DNA from: a virus
Taxonomy: Duplodnaviria > Caudoviricetes
Length of the DNA stretch: 64,000 nt
Virus record (IMG/VR): IMGVR_UViG_3300021091_000001
Coordinates: 138,044 to 202,043 of that record
Strand: one strand, 5' to 3'
Shown here: positions 38,748-49,568 of the stretch, in pieces
How positions within the stretch are numbered: position 1 is the first letter of the stretch
How the letters are laid out: each line of letters starts with the position of its first letter
Made by a program: the position numbers and the translations under genes
The notes under the pieces: generated by a model
The model's database searches: none
What the model was told of the DNA's origin: nothing
What the model saw: only the letters and a program-made list of their open reading frames with translations

Positions 38748-39806
38748 TTATTTAGTTCTTTCATTTAGTAATCTTAGCTCATTAGGTGTTAATGGTGGCT
38801 GTACCTTGTTTGAATCTGTTTGTTTTGTTCCTTCCGATTCAACATCAGAAAGTATTGACTTATCTGTAGATCTTATATTTCCATTAGAAACATACATATC
38901 TCTTGCTATAAAAGAGTAGTTTTCAACAACTGCAACTCCACCAGGAGTGACACTTAGATTCATCGATGACAGATTTACATCTTGTATAACTATGTCCATT
39001 TCAACAGCTACTTTTCCTGGCTTTACAAGTCTCTCGTTAAAATCTGTTGCCATCAATCTATCTAGAGTATCAAAATCATCTTCTGAATTAGTTCCCTTAT
39101 TTCTAGCTATTGTTGAAACTGATCCTTCTTGAGTTCCGTATTTAATAATTAAATTAAATGGTGGGTGCGCACTAAAAATGTTTCTTTGATCCGAGCCATC
39201 TGAATCTGCGGCTAGTCTATCTAAATTAGATCTATTCCAGTATCTTCTTATGTTTTTTTCATCTTCAATAGACTGTTCATCTCTGCCCGATAAGTAAGAT
39301 TGTATTCTGGCATTCTTATCTCCATTGTTAAACAAAATTCTTTGTTCAGCGGCAACAGATAGTAGCTCACGCATTCTTCCTGGATACCTAGAATACATCG
39401 AGAACTGGCCATTAATGATTCTTACTCCACTCATAATGACATCATACGTATAGGACCAAAAACCATACAGTGGTTGCTTTTCTTGGCTAATTGAAAATGC
39501 AACTCCGGCTAAATCCAATTCATATTCTGGATCAAATAAACCATCTATATAAACTCTAATGTCTTCGCCAGTAAAATAATAATCATAATAGGTATTAAAT
39601 TTTTCCCCATCAGATGTTTTGCCAGCCCACTGTGCATCGACTTTTTCATTCAGTGGATCAAATGACTTGCCTGTTCTGATTGTTGTAGATGGAAGTGATC
39701 CTCCACGACCATAAAGTCTTTCTTGAAGATCTGCTGGCAAATAAGTTGTAAACGGTCTATAAGATCTATTTCCAACAACATCTTTATAATCAAAATCTGA
39801 TGCCAT
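38748..39806 (-). CDS. Tail tube-like paralogue 3
   Basis: YFTGEDIRVYI...LAGVAFSISQEKQPLYGF...SGVRIINGQF...ENYSFIARDM shares the tube pattern with the two upstream genes. Confidence 0.6.
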   Translation of the reverse strand: MASDFDYKDVVGNRSYRPFTTYLPADLQERLYGRGGSLPSTTIRTGKSFDPLNEKVDAQWAGKTSDGEKFNTYYDYYFTGEDIRVYIDGLFDPEYELDLAGVAFSISQEKQPLYGFWSYTYDVIMSGVRIINGQFSMYSRYPGRMRELLSVAAEQRILFNNGDKNARIQSYLSGRDEQSIEDEKNIRRYWNRSNLDRLAADSDGSDQRNIFSAHPPFNLIIKYGTQEGSVSTIARNKGTNSEDDFDTLDRLMATDFNERLVKPGKVAVEMDIVIQDVNLSSMNLSVTPGGVAVVENYSFIARDMYVSNGNIRSTDKSILSDVESEGTKQTDSNKVQPPLTPNELRLLNERTK

Positions 39807-39812
39807 TTATTA

Positions 39813-40544
39813 CTACCTAACGTTTCTTGGAGCTTTAGGTTGTGGTGGAACTATTCTATCAATTAATTCAGTATAAGACTTGAGTGTTTTTTCAGAGTAG
39901 AAATTCTTCTGCCTTTGAAGATACATTGCTCTTTCATCATTAGGCAAAAGTAGTGGATCTGTTTCCATGCTTACTAATGGCTGAATTCCTCTTGCCATAT
40001 ATACATATGTCTGCTCAGTAATTAAGTCATCAACAGACATTGTCTGACCTTCATCTACTATAGTAACGCCATAAATTTTCATTTTTGCACCGAGGCCATA
40101 CTCATTAAAAAAGCTAAGAACGATATCAAATGGCGGTAACATATCTGCAAGTGGAGCAAAAAATAGACCTGTTTCAGACATCATTTGTCTGAATTCTCTA
40201 ATCCTATAAAAAGCATACTCGTTAAAGACTGTGAAGATTAAAGACCCACCTATTGTTCTTCCACCCTTTATAAAGCCCCTTGGATTTACGTGGCCAATTG
40301 TTCTTACTGGTGCATTTTCTCTGTGGACTGAATATGATATTGTTTGTAGTTCGCCAAGATTAAGAACATCTGTTCCCTCTATTGTTCCAGTATCTCTGTT
40401 GATTGCTGGTATTACCATTGCTGCGGAGATATCGACGCCAGCAAATGACATGTTTGAAAAAGGATCTGGAAGATTATGATCTATTCTATATTTTGAAAAA
40501 GAACCTTCATCATAATTCCAAGAATTATTTTTGTTAAACATCAT
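39813..40544 (-). CDS. Tail tube-like paralogue 2
   Basis: SFAGVDI...LQTISYSVHRENAPVRTIG...GGRTIGGSLIFTVF...ADMLPPFDI...NEYG is clearly paralogous to 40618-41325. Confidence 0.7.
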   Translation of the reverse strand: MMFNKNNSWNYDEGSFSKYRIDHNLPDPFSNMSFAGVDISAAMVIPAINRDTGTIEGTDVLNLGELQTISYSVHRENAPVRTIGHVNPRGFIKGGRTIGGSLIFTVFNEYAFYRIREFRQMMSETGLFFAPLADMLPPFDIVLSFFNEYGLGAKMKIYGVTIVDEGQTMSVDDLITEQTYVYMARGIQPLVSMETDPLLLPNDERAMYLQRQKNFYSEKTLKSYTELIDRIVPPQPKAPRNVR

Positions 40545-40560
40545 TATCCTTTATAAAATA

Positions 40561-40595
40561 AATGTGGGGACTAGAAAAAATCCAGCCCCCACATT
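40561..40595 (-). terminator. Intrinsic terminator after the major tail tube gene
   Basis: Minus strand AATGTGGGGGCTGGATTTTTTCTAGTCCCCACATT hairpin followed by TATTTTAT, 22 nt downstream of the stop at 40618. Confidence 0.75.
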
Positions 40596-40617
40596 ATTTA
40601 AATATAATATTTAGATT

Positions 40618-41325
40618 TTATGGTCTAATTATCTTAGTGCCGTTTTTGTTTAGACCGGCTGTAGTAGGAGTGCTCTCGTTGATGATCTTCTTAAGTGGAT
40701 TATCTCCACCAAAAATACCACCAGTCAACTGAGCGTTTGATATCTTATACATTGGGCCAATTTCACGAGCAACGTAGGTCATTGTCTCTTCGATAACAAT
40801 GTCATCCATTGAAGCTCCTGAACCTTCATTAAGAAGCTCAACTCCATAGATTGATCTTACCGCACCCTGGCCATACTCGTTAGCAAAGGTGATTGTAATA
40901 TCAAATGGCGGAATCTGGTCTGCGTAGAAAGGAACCTGAGAAACGATATCAAGCTCTTGCTTATCAAACTCTGCAATGCCTCTCTTATGATTCGCATCAC
41001 CAGGAAGAGTATTGCTTACTCTTGTGAAAAAGTTCTGTGGATTGCTATTGGTGTAGTTAGTCTCAAGCATTTGATAGAGGGCTGGTCTATCAAAAACTGT
41101 AAAGATTAATGATCCTGCGATACCTCTCTTGCCTCTTGAGAAAGAACGTGGGTTTGGTGAACCCATTGTGTAGATTGGGGCTTTTTCTCTGGTTACCGAG
41201 AAGGTAATGCCAGAAAGTGCACCAATTTCAACGCCACCAAAGGTAGCAACTATATCTGCGCCCGAAAAGGTTGTGTAAGTATTAAGATACTTATTAACCG
41301 GGCCATCATAATAATCATCAGCCAT
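40618..41325 (-). CDS. Major tail tube protein
   Basis: TFSGADIVATF...GITFSVTREKAPIYTMGSPNPRSFSRGKRGIAGSLIF...ADQIPPFDITITFANEYG; directly downstream of the sheath gene; GGAGG RBS; followed by a terminator. Confidence 0.75.
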   Translation of the reverse strand: MADDYYDGPVNKYLNTYTTFSGADIVATFGGVEIGALSGITFSVTREKAPIYTMGSPNPRSFSRGKRGIAGSLIFTVFDRPALYQMLETNYTNSNPQNFFTRVSNTLPGDANHKRGIAEFDKQELDIVSQVPFYADQIPPFDITITFANEYGQGAVRSIYGVELLNEGSGASMDDIVIEETMTYVAREIGPMYKISNAQLTGGIFGGDNPLKKIINESTPTTAGLNKNGTKIIRP

Positions 41326-41351
41326 TTATATACCCTCCAATACGGTATTTA

Positions 41352-42614
41352 TTATATGCTTAGTGCGACTTGAACTTCAATTGTCTTGAGTTCAAATGCT
41401 GGTGTTAATACGAGGTCAACAAACGCCTTGTTTTCTGCAGGGAAGTAGCTTACGCTAAAGTCACTGCTGAGCAGGGCACCCATTTGTTGCATACCTCTAA
41501 GTGCAGAAGTAATTGCTGTCTCCATTGAGTTACGTGTCTGAAGTGTTGATGCTTCACCAATAAACTTCTGACATACTTGTCTCACCAAAGTAGCTGCTTC
41601 TGAGATTATTCTAAAAGTAGAAATTCTTGTGTAGTCAGAAGTTGGCTGTGCCATTGTGAGGCCTTCAACAAATGTAGGAACCTTATTGAAGTTAAGAGCA
41701 ATAAAGTTGGATCCCTTCTCTGACATTGCGAGTTGCTGAGTTCTAGTTGGGTTGTATCTGATTGATGCAACGTTGTATGCTGTCTTGTTTATTGGAGAAG
41801 TAAACGAAGCCATTCTTGAAATAGCTGCAGCAAATGTAGTTGCACCATTAGCAAATCCCCATGTGCTGTCGTAGTTAACGGGCTTGAGTTCTGAAGCAAT
41901 AACAACAACGTACTTATTTGCTCCGTCATTTGCACCACCAGCTTCAAAAGTTGCATCTGTTCTTGACACAAGACCTGCAAGACCACCTGAGCCAATATGT
42001 GTTGCTACTTCACTTGGTGTCATAATCTCTGAAGAACCATCAACATAAGGCTTGACACCCATGATCGCAAAGCATGGGTAGCTATTCTCTGAAATTTCCT
42101 TAATTTTTTTACCAACCTTAGCAACAAAGCTATTTGCTGAGCTTGAGTTGTCAGCAACAAAGCCATAAACATCGCCTGGCCAGCCTGGTGTTGCTCCTGG
42201 TTCATAGTCAAAGTCAGTTGTCTTTGCGCCTCTACCCCAAGGAACAATAATGTCTGGCTGACAAGACTCAGCTGCATCAAATGCGGCATCAAAAACGCTT
42301 GTGCCACCTGATGTTACTGTGCCAGATGAGTAGTTCCACGCTGTATTTGATGGTAGTGGAACAATGAAAATTCTTTCAGCTCCACCTGCAATCAATTCAA
42401 AGTATGCTTTATGTGCATCTGAATCTAGACCAAATGCATCAATAACATCTTTTTCGCTAGTAGCTTGAACTACGTCAAGATCCTTCACGTTGCCGGTATT
42501 ATCGGCATTATTTCTCTTAGCGATTACACAGATCTTTGGACCGACAGGAATGTCTTGTCTAGAAATGCTGTAAAAGCGATCCTTTATAATTGTTTTTACA
42601 CCTGGTAGAGCCAT
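41352..42614 (-). CDS. Tail sheath protein (major)
   Basis: Likely start ATG 42614 (MALPGVKTIIKDR) after GGAGG. C-terminal RISTFRII...VCQKFIGE...AITSALRGMQQMGAL...VDLVLTPAFELKTIEV is the sheath C-terminal domain pattern. Confidence 0.8.
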   Translation of the reverse strand: MALPGVKTIIKDRFYSISRQDIPVGPKICVIAKRNNADNTGNVKDLDVVQATSEKDVIDAFGLDSDAHKAYFELIAGGAERIFIVPLPSNTAWNYSSGTVTSGGTSVFDAAFDAAESCQPDIIVPWGRGAKTTDFDYEPGATPGWPGDVYGFVADNSSSANSFVAKVGKKIKEISENSYPCFAIMGVKPYVDGSSEIMTPSEVATHIGSGGLAGLVSRTDATFEAGGANDGANKYVVVIASELKPVNYDSTWGFANGATTFAAAISRMASFTSPINKTAYNVASIRYNPTRTQQLAMSEKGSNFIALNFNKVPTFVEGLTMAQPTSDYTRISTFRIISEAATLVRQVCQKFIGEASTLQTRNSMETAITSALRGMQQMGALLSSDFSVSYFPAENKAFVDLVLTPAFELKTIEVQVALSI

Positions 42615-42700
42615 TGGACTATAGACCTCCGATTGCGGCAAATAAGAATATGTTTACTTCAGGAAATATAGTAACAGAGAACTTGTAAAAACAAACTACA

Positions 42701-43438
42701 TTAACAGTCTGGAGTAGCACTTTGATATAGGTCTATTATATTAACTTCAGTCCCAGCGAAATTGGGAGTAGCAGGAGATAAGGCTTCTTCCCATATAGAA
42801 TTTTCATAAGCCATATACCTTCTCACGTCTATGACTATCTTCTCAATTTGATCGATTGTCTGTGCAAATAACTTCTCAGTTGTTAACATATAGGTAACAG
42901 TTCTTTTACAAATGTCGGCACTGTCTCTATTTTCATCTGAATCAGAGAGCCTTCTAGAATACACGAATTCTGAAGCTCCTAATCTTTTAAAAACAGGAGT
43001 ATGCTCAAGCATAAAGTCCTCAAATATCTCTACAATATTATCTGCAACTTCTGACCCAGAATATCTCTTAGCAGTGCCCTGGGCTATTCCAGAGTCAGCT
43101 TCTGTCATTACGGTAAAACTGACAATATTTTGAAATCTTTGTCCAAAAACAACAACATTCTTATTTGTTTGAGTAGTTCTTGTTCTTGGCTTTGGCTCAC
43201 TTGTGTGAGTTTTTCTAAGTTCGAGCCCATATGCTATCACAGGATATTCTGCATACCTGCCACCTTGTGATGGAACTATTTTAATATCTGGATATGCATT
43301 TTCCCAAAGTGCTTTAACTACTGCTATAAATTCAAGGTATGTTAAATTTCCACTAGCCTGAAGTGGCTCACCAAAAATTCTATCGTAACTTATATCATTG
43401 GTATTTCCAGATGGGAATCCAATTGTATTTTGGGTCAT
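42701..43438 (-). CDS. Tail terminator/completion-like protein
   Basis: 245 aa between neck and sheath genes. YPVIAYGL...FQNIVSFTV...RTVTYMLTTE is a terminator-type beta pattern; mostly positional inference. Confidence 0.5.
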   Translation of the reverse strand: MTQNTIGFPSGNTNDISYDRIFGEPLQASGNLTYLEFIAVVKALWENAYPDIKIVPSQGGRYAEYPVIAYGLELRKTHTSEPKPRTRTTQTNKNVVVFGQRFQNIVSFTVMTEADSGIAQGTAKRYSGSEVADNIVEIFEDFMLEHTPVFKRLGASEFVYSRRLSDSDENRDSADICKRTVTYMLTTEKLFAQTIDQIEKIVIDVRRYMAYENSIWEEALSPATPNFAGTEVNIIDLYQSATPDC

Positions 43439-45036
43439 TATATCCCCTTACCTGTCGCAACATTAAAAGATATTTCTCTTAAAGTTCTTGAGGAAGTAAC
43501 TGATATATTAAAATATAAGACTCCTCTTTCTTCTCGATCTGCGTAAGAATCCATCCTATAATTAACAAGTGCTCCTGATGATTTTAATGCAGATAAGAAT
43601 TCTTGAACATAGCTTATAATTTTCTCATAACCAAATTTACCTATTGCTAAATTGCCCAAAGACTGAACTTCGTTAATAATAGTTGCAACTAATCTAACAT
43701 TTGAAGAGTCTTCATAGTTTTGACTAATAGATTGAGTATAATCGCTAGTTAGATATATATCGTATAAAGCGGCTCTTCTTGATCTTTGCCCTCTAACTGC
43801 TGTATTGATCTTCTTTTCTTGTAGTCTTTTTACTTGGGCGGCATTTATATCAATTCCGTGCAATGATAATGCAGAAGGTATCCTAGTTTTTGTTAGTCCC
43901 ATATCTATTCTAGTTGAAGACAACATTCCTGCAACTGCAGCTGCTAAAGTTGACGTATAGCTTCTTTGAAGTTGCTTGTGACTAAAAACTGCTTCGCCAT
44001 AGAGTAAAATAACATATCTTCCATCATCTTTTGTAATATAACCATCTGGAGTAATTGAGCTATCTATGTCAAAATCTTTTGTATACAGTTCATCTATATC
44101 TTCTTGTTTGACTCCATTGCTTCTAGAGCCAATAATTCCAATTTGCACTTCGCCAGTTTCTTCTTGCATTTTATTGCAATGAATAGCTAACTGTTTTACG
44201 AAATTATTTGAACCAGTATTTATTATAGAAGCTTCTAATGGAACAATAATGTCAATGAACTCATAGTCTTCTAATAGCCTATAACATTCTACTAGCCTGT
44301 TGTAATATAGGTCATAGAAACTATATGTGTTTGGAGTTGTTGAATTGTCTTTAAATATTAATATATTTCTTGAATCGATATCAGGAACATACTCTGCCAT
44401 ATATCCTGCAGACATCAAATATATATCTCTTGCTCCAGAAGTGTATGCATCGAACATTCCTCTTAGGAGAGGTGAATTAAAGTCACCTCTTAGTATATTA
44501 ATGCCTTCTTGCATTGACTTCACTTTAACAATACCATATGGTTGTATTGCGTCTGTATGACCAATCAATAAAACATTCATTGTTGATGAATCAGAAACAC
44601 TGTCATATCTTGCTCTATTGTCAATCTTTATTGATTTAGAACCTATATCATATCCATCTTGATATGAAGCGTAGCCTTTTTTTGATTGAATATTTATTTC
44701 TTTAAAATCTTGAACTCCTGCAACTTCTGCTGTTATCTCTACAGAATAAAATCCATCAAAAAGATTTTGTGGAGTTTTAAATGATAATGTGTAAGATCCT
44801 ACAGAATTTTTTTTCAAAGTATGAACAGGATCACTTGAACCTATTGGAAATAAATATCCAGTTGATATTGTTGACTCATTTGGGCTCACTGAATAAGGTC
44901 CAAGTATTGTTGGACCTACTCCATCCATTCCTCTGCGAAAAAGTATTTTAATATTTCCAGTTGGATCAGTGTAATTTACGCCTGATCTAAATATAATAGG
45001 AATCTCTACTTGAGTATTTGGACTTATTACTAGCAT
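43438..45036 (-). CDS. Second tail sheath-like protein with N-terminal Ig-like domain
   Basis: VLLIGHTD...SPLLRGMFDAYTSGARDIYLM and SNVRLVATIINEV...LVNYRMD...LYFNISVTSSRTLREISFNV resemble sheath domains. Confidence 0.6.
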   Translation of the reverse strand: MLVISPNTQVEIPIIFRSGVNYTDPTGNIKILFRRGMDGVGPTILGPYSVSPNESTISTGYLFPIGSSDPVHTLKKNSVGSYTLSFKTPQNLFDGFYSVEITAEVAGVQDFKEINIQSKKGYASYQDGYDIGSKSIKIDNRARYDSVSDSSTMNVLLIGHTDAIQPYGIVKVKSMQEGINILRGDFNSPLLRGMFDAYTSGARDIYLMSAGYMAEYVPDIDSRNILIFKDNSTTPNTYSFYDLYYNRLVECYRLLEDYEFIDIIVPLEASIINTGSNNFVKQLAIHCNKMQEETGEVQIGIIGSRSNGVKQEDIDELYTKDFDIDSSITPDGYITKDDGRYVILLYGEAVFSHKQLQRSYTSTLAAAVAGMLSSTRIDMGLTKTRIPSALSLHGIDINAAQVKRLQEKKINTAVRGQRSRRAALYDIYLTSDYTQSISQNYEDSSNVRLVATIINEVQSLGNLAIGKFGYEKIISYVQEFLSALKSSGALVNYRMDSYADREERGVLYFNISVTSSRTLREISFNVATGKGI

Positions 45037-45417
45037 TTAAGAACTTGGACTTTCTTTTGTTGCACCAACTATCCAATAGTTGATTTTTCCTTGACGACCC
45101 CTAACACCATGTGCGCTATCTATTACATAGATCATAGCATCTTCTAGAGAACCGTCTCCTTCTTCATATATTCTATCTCCAGATTTTGGTTTTACCCAAT
45201 CTTCGAAATAATAAATAATGTCTGCATTGACAACGTAACCTTCCATCTCTTCTTGTAGTCTAGTTGCCATTGTGGAGGTCTTTGCAACCATGCTTCTTGT
45301 TGTAATTCTCTCTAACGTATCAGAATATACGAAGTCATCTGACAATCTTCTTTGGTAGAAGATATCATGACCCCAATCGCTCAGAATCTTTTTAAAAACT
45401 CTTTTTGCATCAATCAT
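45037..45417 (-). CDS. Head closure / head-tail connector-like protein
   Basis: 126 aa; IYYFEDWVKPKSGDRIYE...YVIDSAHGVRGRQGKINYWIVGA is a stopper-like beta protein; neck position. Confidence 0.5.
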   Translation of the reverse strand: MIDAKRVFKKILSDWGHDIFYQRRLSDDFVYSDTLERITTRSMVAKTSTMATRLQEEMEGYVVNADIIYYFEDWVKPKSGDRIYEEGDGSLEDAMIYVIDSAHGVRGRQGKINYWIVGATKESPSS

Positions 45418-46309
45418 ACTGCCTTAGACCTCTATCTGGCATGGGGTCTTCTCCATCTACCACTCTTTTGCCAGGACCATATAGTTCTCTGTCAGATAGA
45501 TAAATAACTCCACCAGTATTAGGATCTATTGTCTTTCCGGAGCTAAAGATCTTCTTTGTTGGAAGACCCTTAGGAATAACTCCACGCATTGAAACTTTCT
45601 TAGCGAGAATCTCTCTTCTTAAAGAAGATGCTATTTGACACCATGTAGTTGCATTTGATCTAGTTGCGACACTTCTGGGTGCAGAACTATTTCTTATTTC
45701 TAAATCTGCAAGTTTAACACTAAGTTCATCATCTCCGCCAAAACCATAAGTTCTGCTTAATTCACAAGCTGCAGCTGCTTTAATATATTCAAGAACGGTA
45801 AAAGGAAGTTCTGGATTAGTATTATCATCTTGTATTGCATACATTTCTTTTACTTCTAATGAATAATGATATATTAGTTCACCTATTTCAAGCAGGCTCG
45901 CATCTGGAAAAATCGATCTGAGTTCTTCTGGATCTAAATACAATGGTTCTATATCTGGAGCAAAAGTAATTGTTTCATCTGCCCTTAGTGTTACTGTTGG
46001 TTTAAATTCCTCCGTTGGAGTACTAACATAAAGCTGTTGATTAACAGTTATAAAACTTCCATTAGTTAAAGTTCCAATAAAAGTTACCTTATATTGACCA
46101 GCTTCAGTTGGAGTATAATCATAATAAAACTGAGAAGAAGTTAAAGAAGTTGCAGAAGTTGAGACTATTTCTGTGTCATCAGAATCGTAGATCTTAACCG
46201 ATACTGTCGATGGACTAACATCTATTTGACCACCAGTTGCAGGATCTGTGTCAATAAATCTAACTTTAATCCTTACGGTATCATTTACTAGGACATTGCC
46301 AACGGTCAT
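45410..46309 (-). CDS. Head-tail adaptor/neck protein with N-terminal Ig-like domain
   Basis: N-terminal beta sandwich (VRIKVRF...FYYDYTPTEAGQYKVTF); helical adaptor-like C-terminus (LEYIKAAAACEL...SVKLADLEI); position. Confidence 0.5.
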   Translation of the reverse strand: MTVGNVLVNDTVRIKVRFIDTDPATGGQIDVSPSTVSVKIYDSDDTEIVSTSATSLTSSQFYYDYTPTEAGQYKVTFIGTLTNGSFITVNQQLYVSTPTEEFKPTVTLRADETITFAPDIEPLYLDPEELRSIFPDASLLEIGELIYHYSLEVKEMYAIQDDNTNPELPFTVLEYIKAAAACELSRTYGFGGDDELSVKLADLEIRNSSAPRSVATRSNATTWCQIASSLRREILAKKVSMRGVIPKGLPTKKIFSSGKTIDPNTGGVIYLSDRELYGPGKRVVDGEDPMPDRGLRQYD

Positions 46310-46374
46310 ATAGACTCCAAATTAAAATAAAACTATGTAGTAATAGTAGTGTTTTTAGGCTTTATTTTGAATAC

Positions 46375-46626
46375 TTAAACTGTCTCTATTGAGACTTCGC
46401 CATAATATTCATCTTTAAAGTTTTCAAAGGTGATAATTCCATTTGGAACATAATCAAAAGTAACATATCCAATTGTAGTTGCATTTGAAAAATCTTCTGC
46501 TGAAAATATAACAAAAGTTATATTGTTTAAAATAATAGGATTAGAAATTCCGGGAACATTAATTTGAACTACTCCCGTATATGTTATATTTGTTTCATTA
46601 TAAGTTATAATATCGTTATATAGCAT
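46375..46626 (-). CDS. Small hypothetical protein
   Basis: 83 aa, ATG start, co-oriented, fills the gap between island and neck genes. Confidence 0.55.
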   Translation of the reverse strand: MLYNDIITYNETNITYTGVVQINVPGISNPIILNNITFVIFSAEDFSNATTIGYVTFDYVPNGIITFENFKDEYYGEVSIETV

Positions 46627-46686
46627 ATTCCAGATCCTAAAATATTAGTTTTATGCTTAAATAGTATACGTATATCTTATGTCAAC

Positions 46687-47628
46687 TCAGTCATAATTGA
46701 GATCTTCTTTTCTATCATAAGACGAAGGATCTATTTGATATAGATCTGTCAGTAAACTTGAACAAAGTTTTCTAATTTTTCTACTTTTATCAATTTCATT
46801 TAAAAATACTTGACTTAAATCATCGGCGTAATAGATGCTAGCCGTATTATGTGTTTCCGATCTTTTTCTAGCTATTTCATACCATTTTTCTTTACCATGA
46901 ATAAGTTCACCATCAATCCATTTTTGAGTTGGACCAACGCGGTGCTTTAGATAGTTTCTTACAAGAAGCTTACTTGAACCCTTAACCATATTAACTGCAT
47001 GGAAATATGGTTCTCCTCCAGGAAAAATAGGAGAACCGGATGGGAAAACAATTATGTCACCAGCTTTTGGTTTATAAAAAATAATATCATTTTTTACCAA
47101 GAAGACAATTTCTCCATCTTCATAATCATCATTAAGGTAAGTTGTGCATGTAAGTAAAAACTTTTCTCCTGGCCAATACCATTCGCCAATCCCATAGTCT
47201 GTATGGAATTGCATTGTTTTCTTCTCTCCAGTATCAACATTGATATCATACCTAGCGATATTTGGTTTTGTAATAAAACAGTTGCTTGGAAGTGGCACCT
47301 TGTTTCTAGATGCATATTCTGTTATCGCTATTGTATTAGACTCAATAGTTCTTTGTAGAAGATTTTTTTCTTTTAGATGAAGTTCTATATCATAATTTTT
47401 AGAATTGATTATATTTTTAATATAAAAATTTTTTATTTCTTCTTCGTTTTTTGTGTGAGCATATTTTCCAAATATAAACCAATCAGTCCAATCAGTGAAT
47501 ATAGCACTCTTGCTCACTTCCTCTGAATTGAACATCGTTTTAGCAAGTTCATTTGTATCGGGAAGCAAATTGCTATAAACGCATATATAGGGATATATCT
47601 CTGTGTAGGAGGTGTCAAAAGGTAGCAT
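46687..47628 (-). CDS. 2OG-Fe(II) dioxygenase, prolyl-4-hydroxylase-like
   Basis: FHTD...[14 protein letters not shown]...[11 protein letters not shown]...YFHAV (HxD...H triad); the usual 2OG-binding R/K-Y position is atypical (SKLL). Confidence 0.85.
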   Translation of the reverse strand: MLPFDTSYTEIYPYICVYSNLLPDTNELAKTMFNSEEVSKSAIFTDWTDWFIFGKYAHTKNEEEIKNFYIKNIINSKNYDIELHLKEKNLLQRTIESNTIAITEYASRNKVPLPSNCFITKPNIARYDINVDTGEKKTMQFHTDYGIGEWYWPGEKFLLTCTTYLNDDYEDGEIVFLVKNDIIFYKPKAGDIIVFPSGSPIFPGGEPYFHAVNMVKGSSKLLVRNYLKHRVGPTQKWIDGELIHGKEKWYEIARKRSETHNTASIYYADDLSQVFLNEIDKSRKIRKLCSSLLTDLYQIDPSSYDRKEDLNYD

Positions 47629-47629
47629 A

Positions 47630-48157
47630 TTAATCGGCCAATTGATGAAAAGTTGTATAGGAGTATTTTTCTCCTGAAATTATTGGCCTTGTTTCATGAT
47701 AAACGCTAGAATCAAAAAAAACGCACATTCCTGCTTTTGGCTTTATCTCTAAATAAGGCCTATCTGAGTCCTTAGACTTAAAAAAACATATTTCTCCGCC
47801 AGTATAATCATCATTTATATAATAAACGGAAGCTAAATCTATTCTAGGTTTTTTGTTTTCTATAACATAAGGATCGCTTGGTTCCCAATCTCTATGTCTT
47901 CCTATAAAATTAGCAATAGTATATCTTGCTATTGATTTTCCTGTACTAAATAATATTTGTTTTTTATAATATAAGTTTATATTATATTCTATTTTTGTAG
48001 AAAGATAACTAAAGTCATTGTATGTTTTTTCTATTCCAAAACTTTCAAAATGAATATTATTTGGAGCTTTTTCAAAAAAACCATTTAATATTGAGTTTTG
48101 AATTTCGGTTACTTTTTTGTCCTCAATAATATTGTCGACTATAATCATTGGGTACAT
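47630..48157 (-). CDS. 2OG-Fe(II) dioxygenase, prolyl-4-hydroxylase-like
   Basis: RHRD...[14 protein letters not shown]...PKAGMCVFF...[13 protein letters not shown]. Confidence 0.9.
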   Translation of the reverse strand: MYPMIIVDNIIEDKKVTEIQNSILNGFFEKAPNNIHFESFGIEKTYNDFSYLSTKIEYNINLYYKKQILFSTGKSIARYTIANFIGRHRDWEPSDPYVIENKKPRIDLASVYYINDDYTGGEICFFKSKDSDRPYLEIKPKAGMCVFFDSSVYHETRPIISGEKYSYTTFHQLAD

Positions 48158-48739
48158 TTAGAGTGTTTCCCATCTTAAATATTTTCTAAATTCATTAATG
48201 CTAAATACTGATGGGTCAACCCACCAATCTTCGTGTTTTTCCCTTACAACCAGTGCGTAGCCTAAGCTATCCAATATCTCTCTTTGAGCATCCCTCATTG
48301 CAGAATTTCTGAAATACATATTGGCATCGTGTTCAAAAGTTATTATTGAGAACCTATATTGAGTCAGGGGAAGTGATATTAATCCCAATAAACTTAGGTA
48401 GTGGTTACCGAATGGTCTTCCATCGTGCTGATATCCTGCATCTATATCAACTTGTAAATAGTCTATTTGTTTTGGAAAATTATTATTTTCAAAATAAGAT
48501 ATATAATTGAAACTTAAAGCGTCACCAAAACAAGGATTTTTTCTATTTGTGCTAAATTCATTTCTTCTATCTTCTAGAATTTCAAAAGAAACTCCACTCC
48601 AATTATAGCTTGATTCTAAGTAAAATGTGTTGCTTCCTAACTTAGAGTCAAAAGCACCTAGCTCAACATAAAAACCATTATTTTTTTCGTTAAAAATTTC
48701 TACTACAAATTTTTCCTGAGAAGAACTTCCTTTATACAT
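48158..48739 (-). CDS. FkbM-family SAM-dependent methyltransferase
   Basis: FYVELGAFDSKLGSNTFYLESSYNWSGVSFE...IDYLQVDID...FSIITFEHD. Confidence 0.75.
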   Translation of the reverse strand: MYKGSSSQEKFVVEIFNEKNNGFYVELGAFDSKLGSNTFYLESSYNWSGVSFEILEDRRNEFSTNRKNPCFGDALSFNYISYFENNNFPKQIDYLQVDIDAGYQHDGRPFGNHYLSLLGLISLPLTQYRFSIITFEHDANMYFRNSAMRDAQREILDSLGYALVVREKHEDWWVDPSVFSINEFRKYLRWETL

Positions 48740-48753
48740 AGAATATTCAAACC

Positions 48754-49560
48754 TTACAATTTATATTCTTTACTATTTATTTTATTATGAACATCTTTAA
48801 TTATATCTGGCATCCAAAATTTATGTGGATTTTCTTGTCCAACAATCTCTTTTTGCTCAAAAGAAGTTCCATAGCAAGATATGCTCAAGAATGCATATCT
48901 TTGTCCAAATGTTACTGGATAAACCTCATGCCTTCCCATGTATGATGATGGATATATTGCTACACTGCCACTTTTGGGTGCATAAACATATGGAACATTC
49001 GGAAAATGAATTTGTCCACCCAAGTAAGAATAATCAGTCATTTCACTTTCGCTAGACACGCAGTCATTAAGATAGAGATTTATACTTGAGCTATTGTGCA
49101 TTGATACTTGATTTCCCGTTTCTTTACCCCACTCATATGGTACCTGATCGTCACAGTGTGGTCCTATTCTTTGACCATTTTCATATCCAGCTATATGACC
49201 AGTTGGTCTCCACCATGAAGTAGTCGCTGCATCAGGGAAATAACAGCAATATTCTACTAAAGCATCATAAACTGCATTTTCTAAATTGTCTACAAAATTA
49301 ATATATTCCTTTGGTGTTTCTGTATAAAAATTTTGGCCTTTAGTGTCTAGATATCTCTGGGGCGCTTGTTGTACATCTTCTAATTTAAACTTAAATCCAG
49401 TTTTATTAACTGCATACTTTACTCCATTTTCTTCGTGGTAAGTAAATGTATCTTCTTGATTTTTGCGAATCCAATTTATATATTCAAACAAAAAATCTTG
49501 ATCTATATCAATAACGTCTTCGCAAATTACAACTCCCATTCCAATATGTCTTGACTTCAT
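48754..49560 (-). CDS. 2OG-Fe(II) dioxygenase, prolyl-4-hydroxylase-like
   Basis: PHCD...LYLND...YLGGQIHF...PKSGSVAIYPSSY...HEVYPVTFGQRY. Confidence 0.9.
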   Translation of the reverse strand: MKSRHIGMGVVICEDVIDIDQDFLFEYINWIRKNQEDTFTYHEENGVKYAVNKTGFKFKLEDVQQAPQRYLDTKGQNFYTETPKEYINFVDNLENAVYDALVEYCCYFPDAATTSWWRPTGHIAGYENGQRIGPHCDDQVPYEWGKETGNQVSMHNSSSINLYLNDCVSSESEMTDYSYLGGQIHFPNVPYVYAPKSGSVAIYPSSYMGRHEVYPVTFGQRYAFLSISCYGTSFEQKEIVGQENPHKFWMPDIIKDVHNKINSKEYKL

Positions 49561-49568
49561 AATTTTCC

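Noticed and set aside
1-46309. Bacterial contractile injection system or tailocin rather than a phage
   Set aside because: Head-tail adaptor/closure-like genes, very large tape-measure and polymerase-like proteins and the absence of host housekeeping genes fit a large phage; capsid and terminase genes are not in the window, so this is not formally proven.
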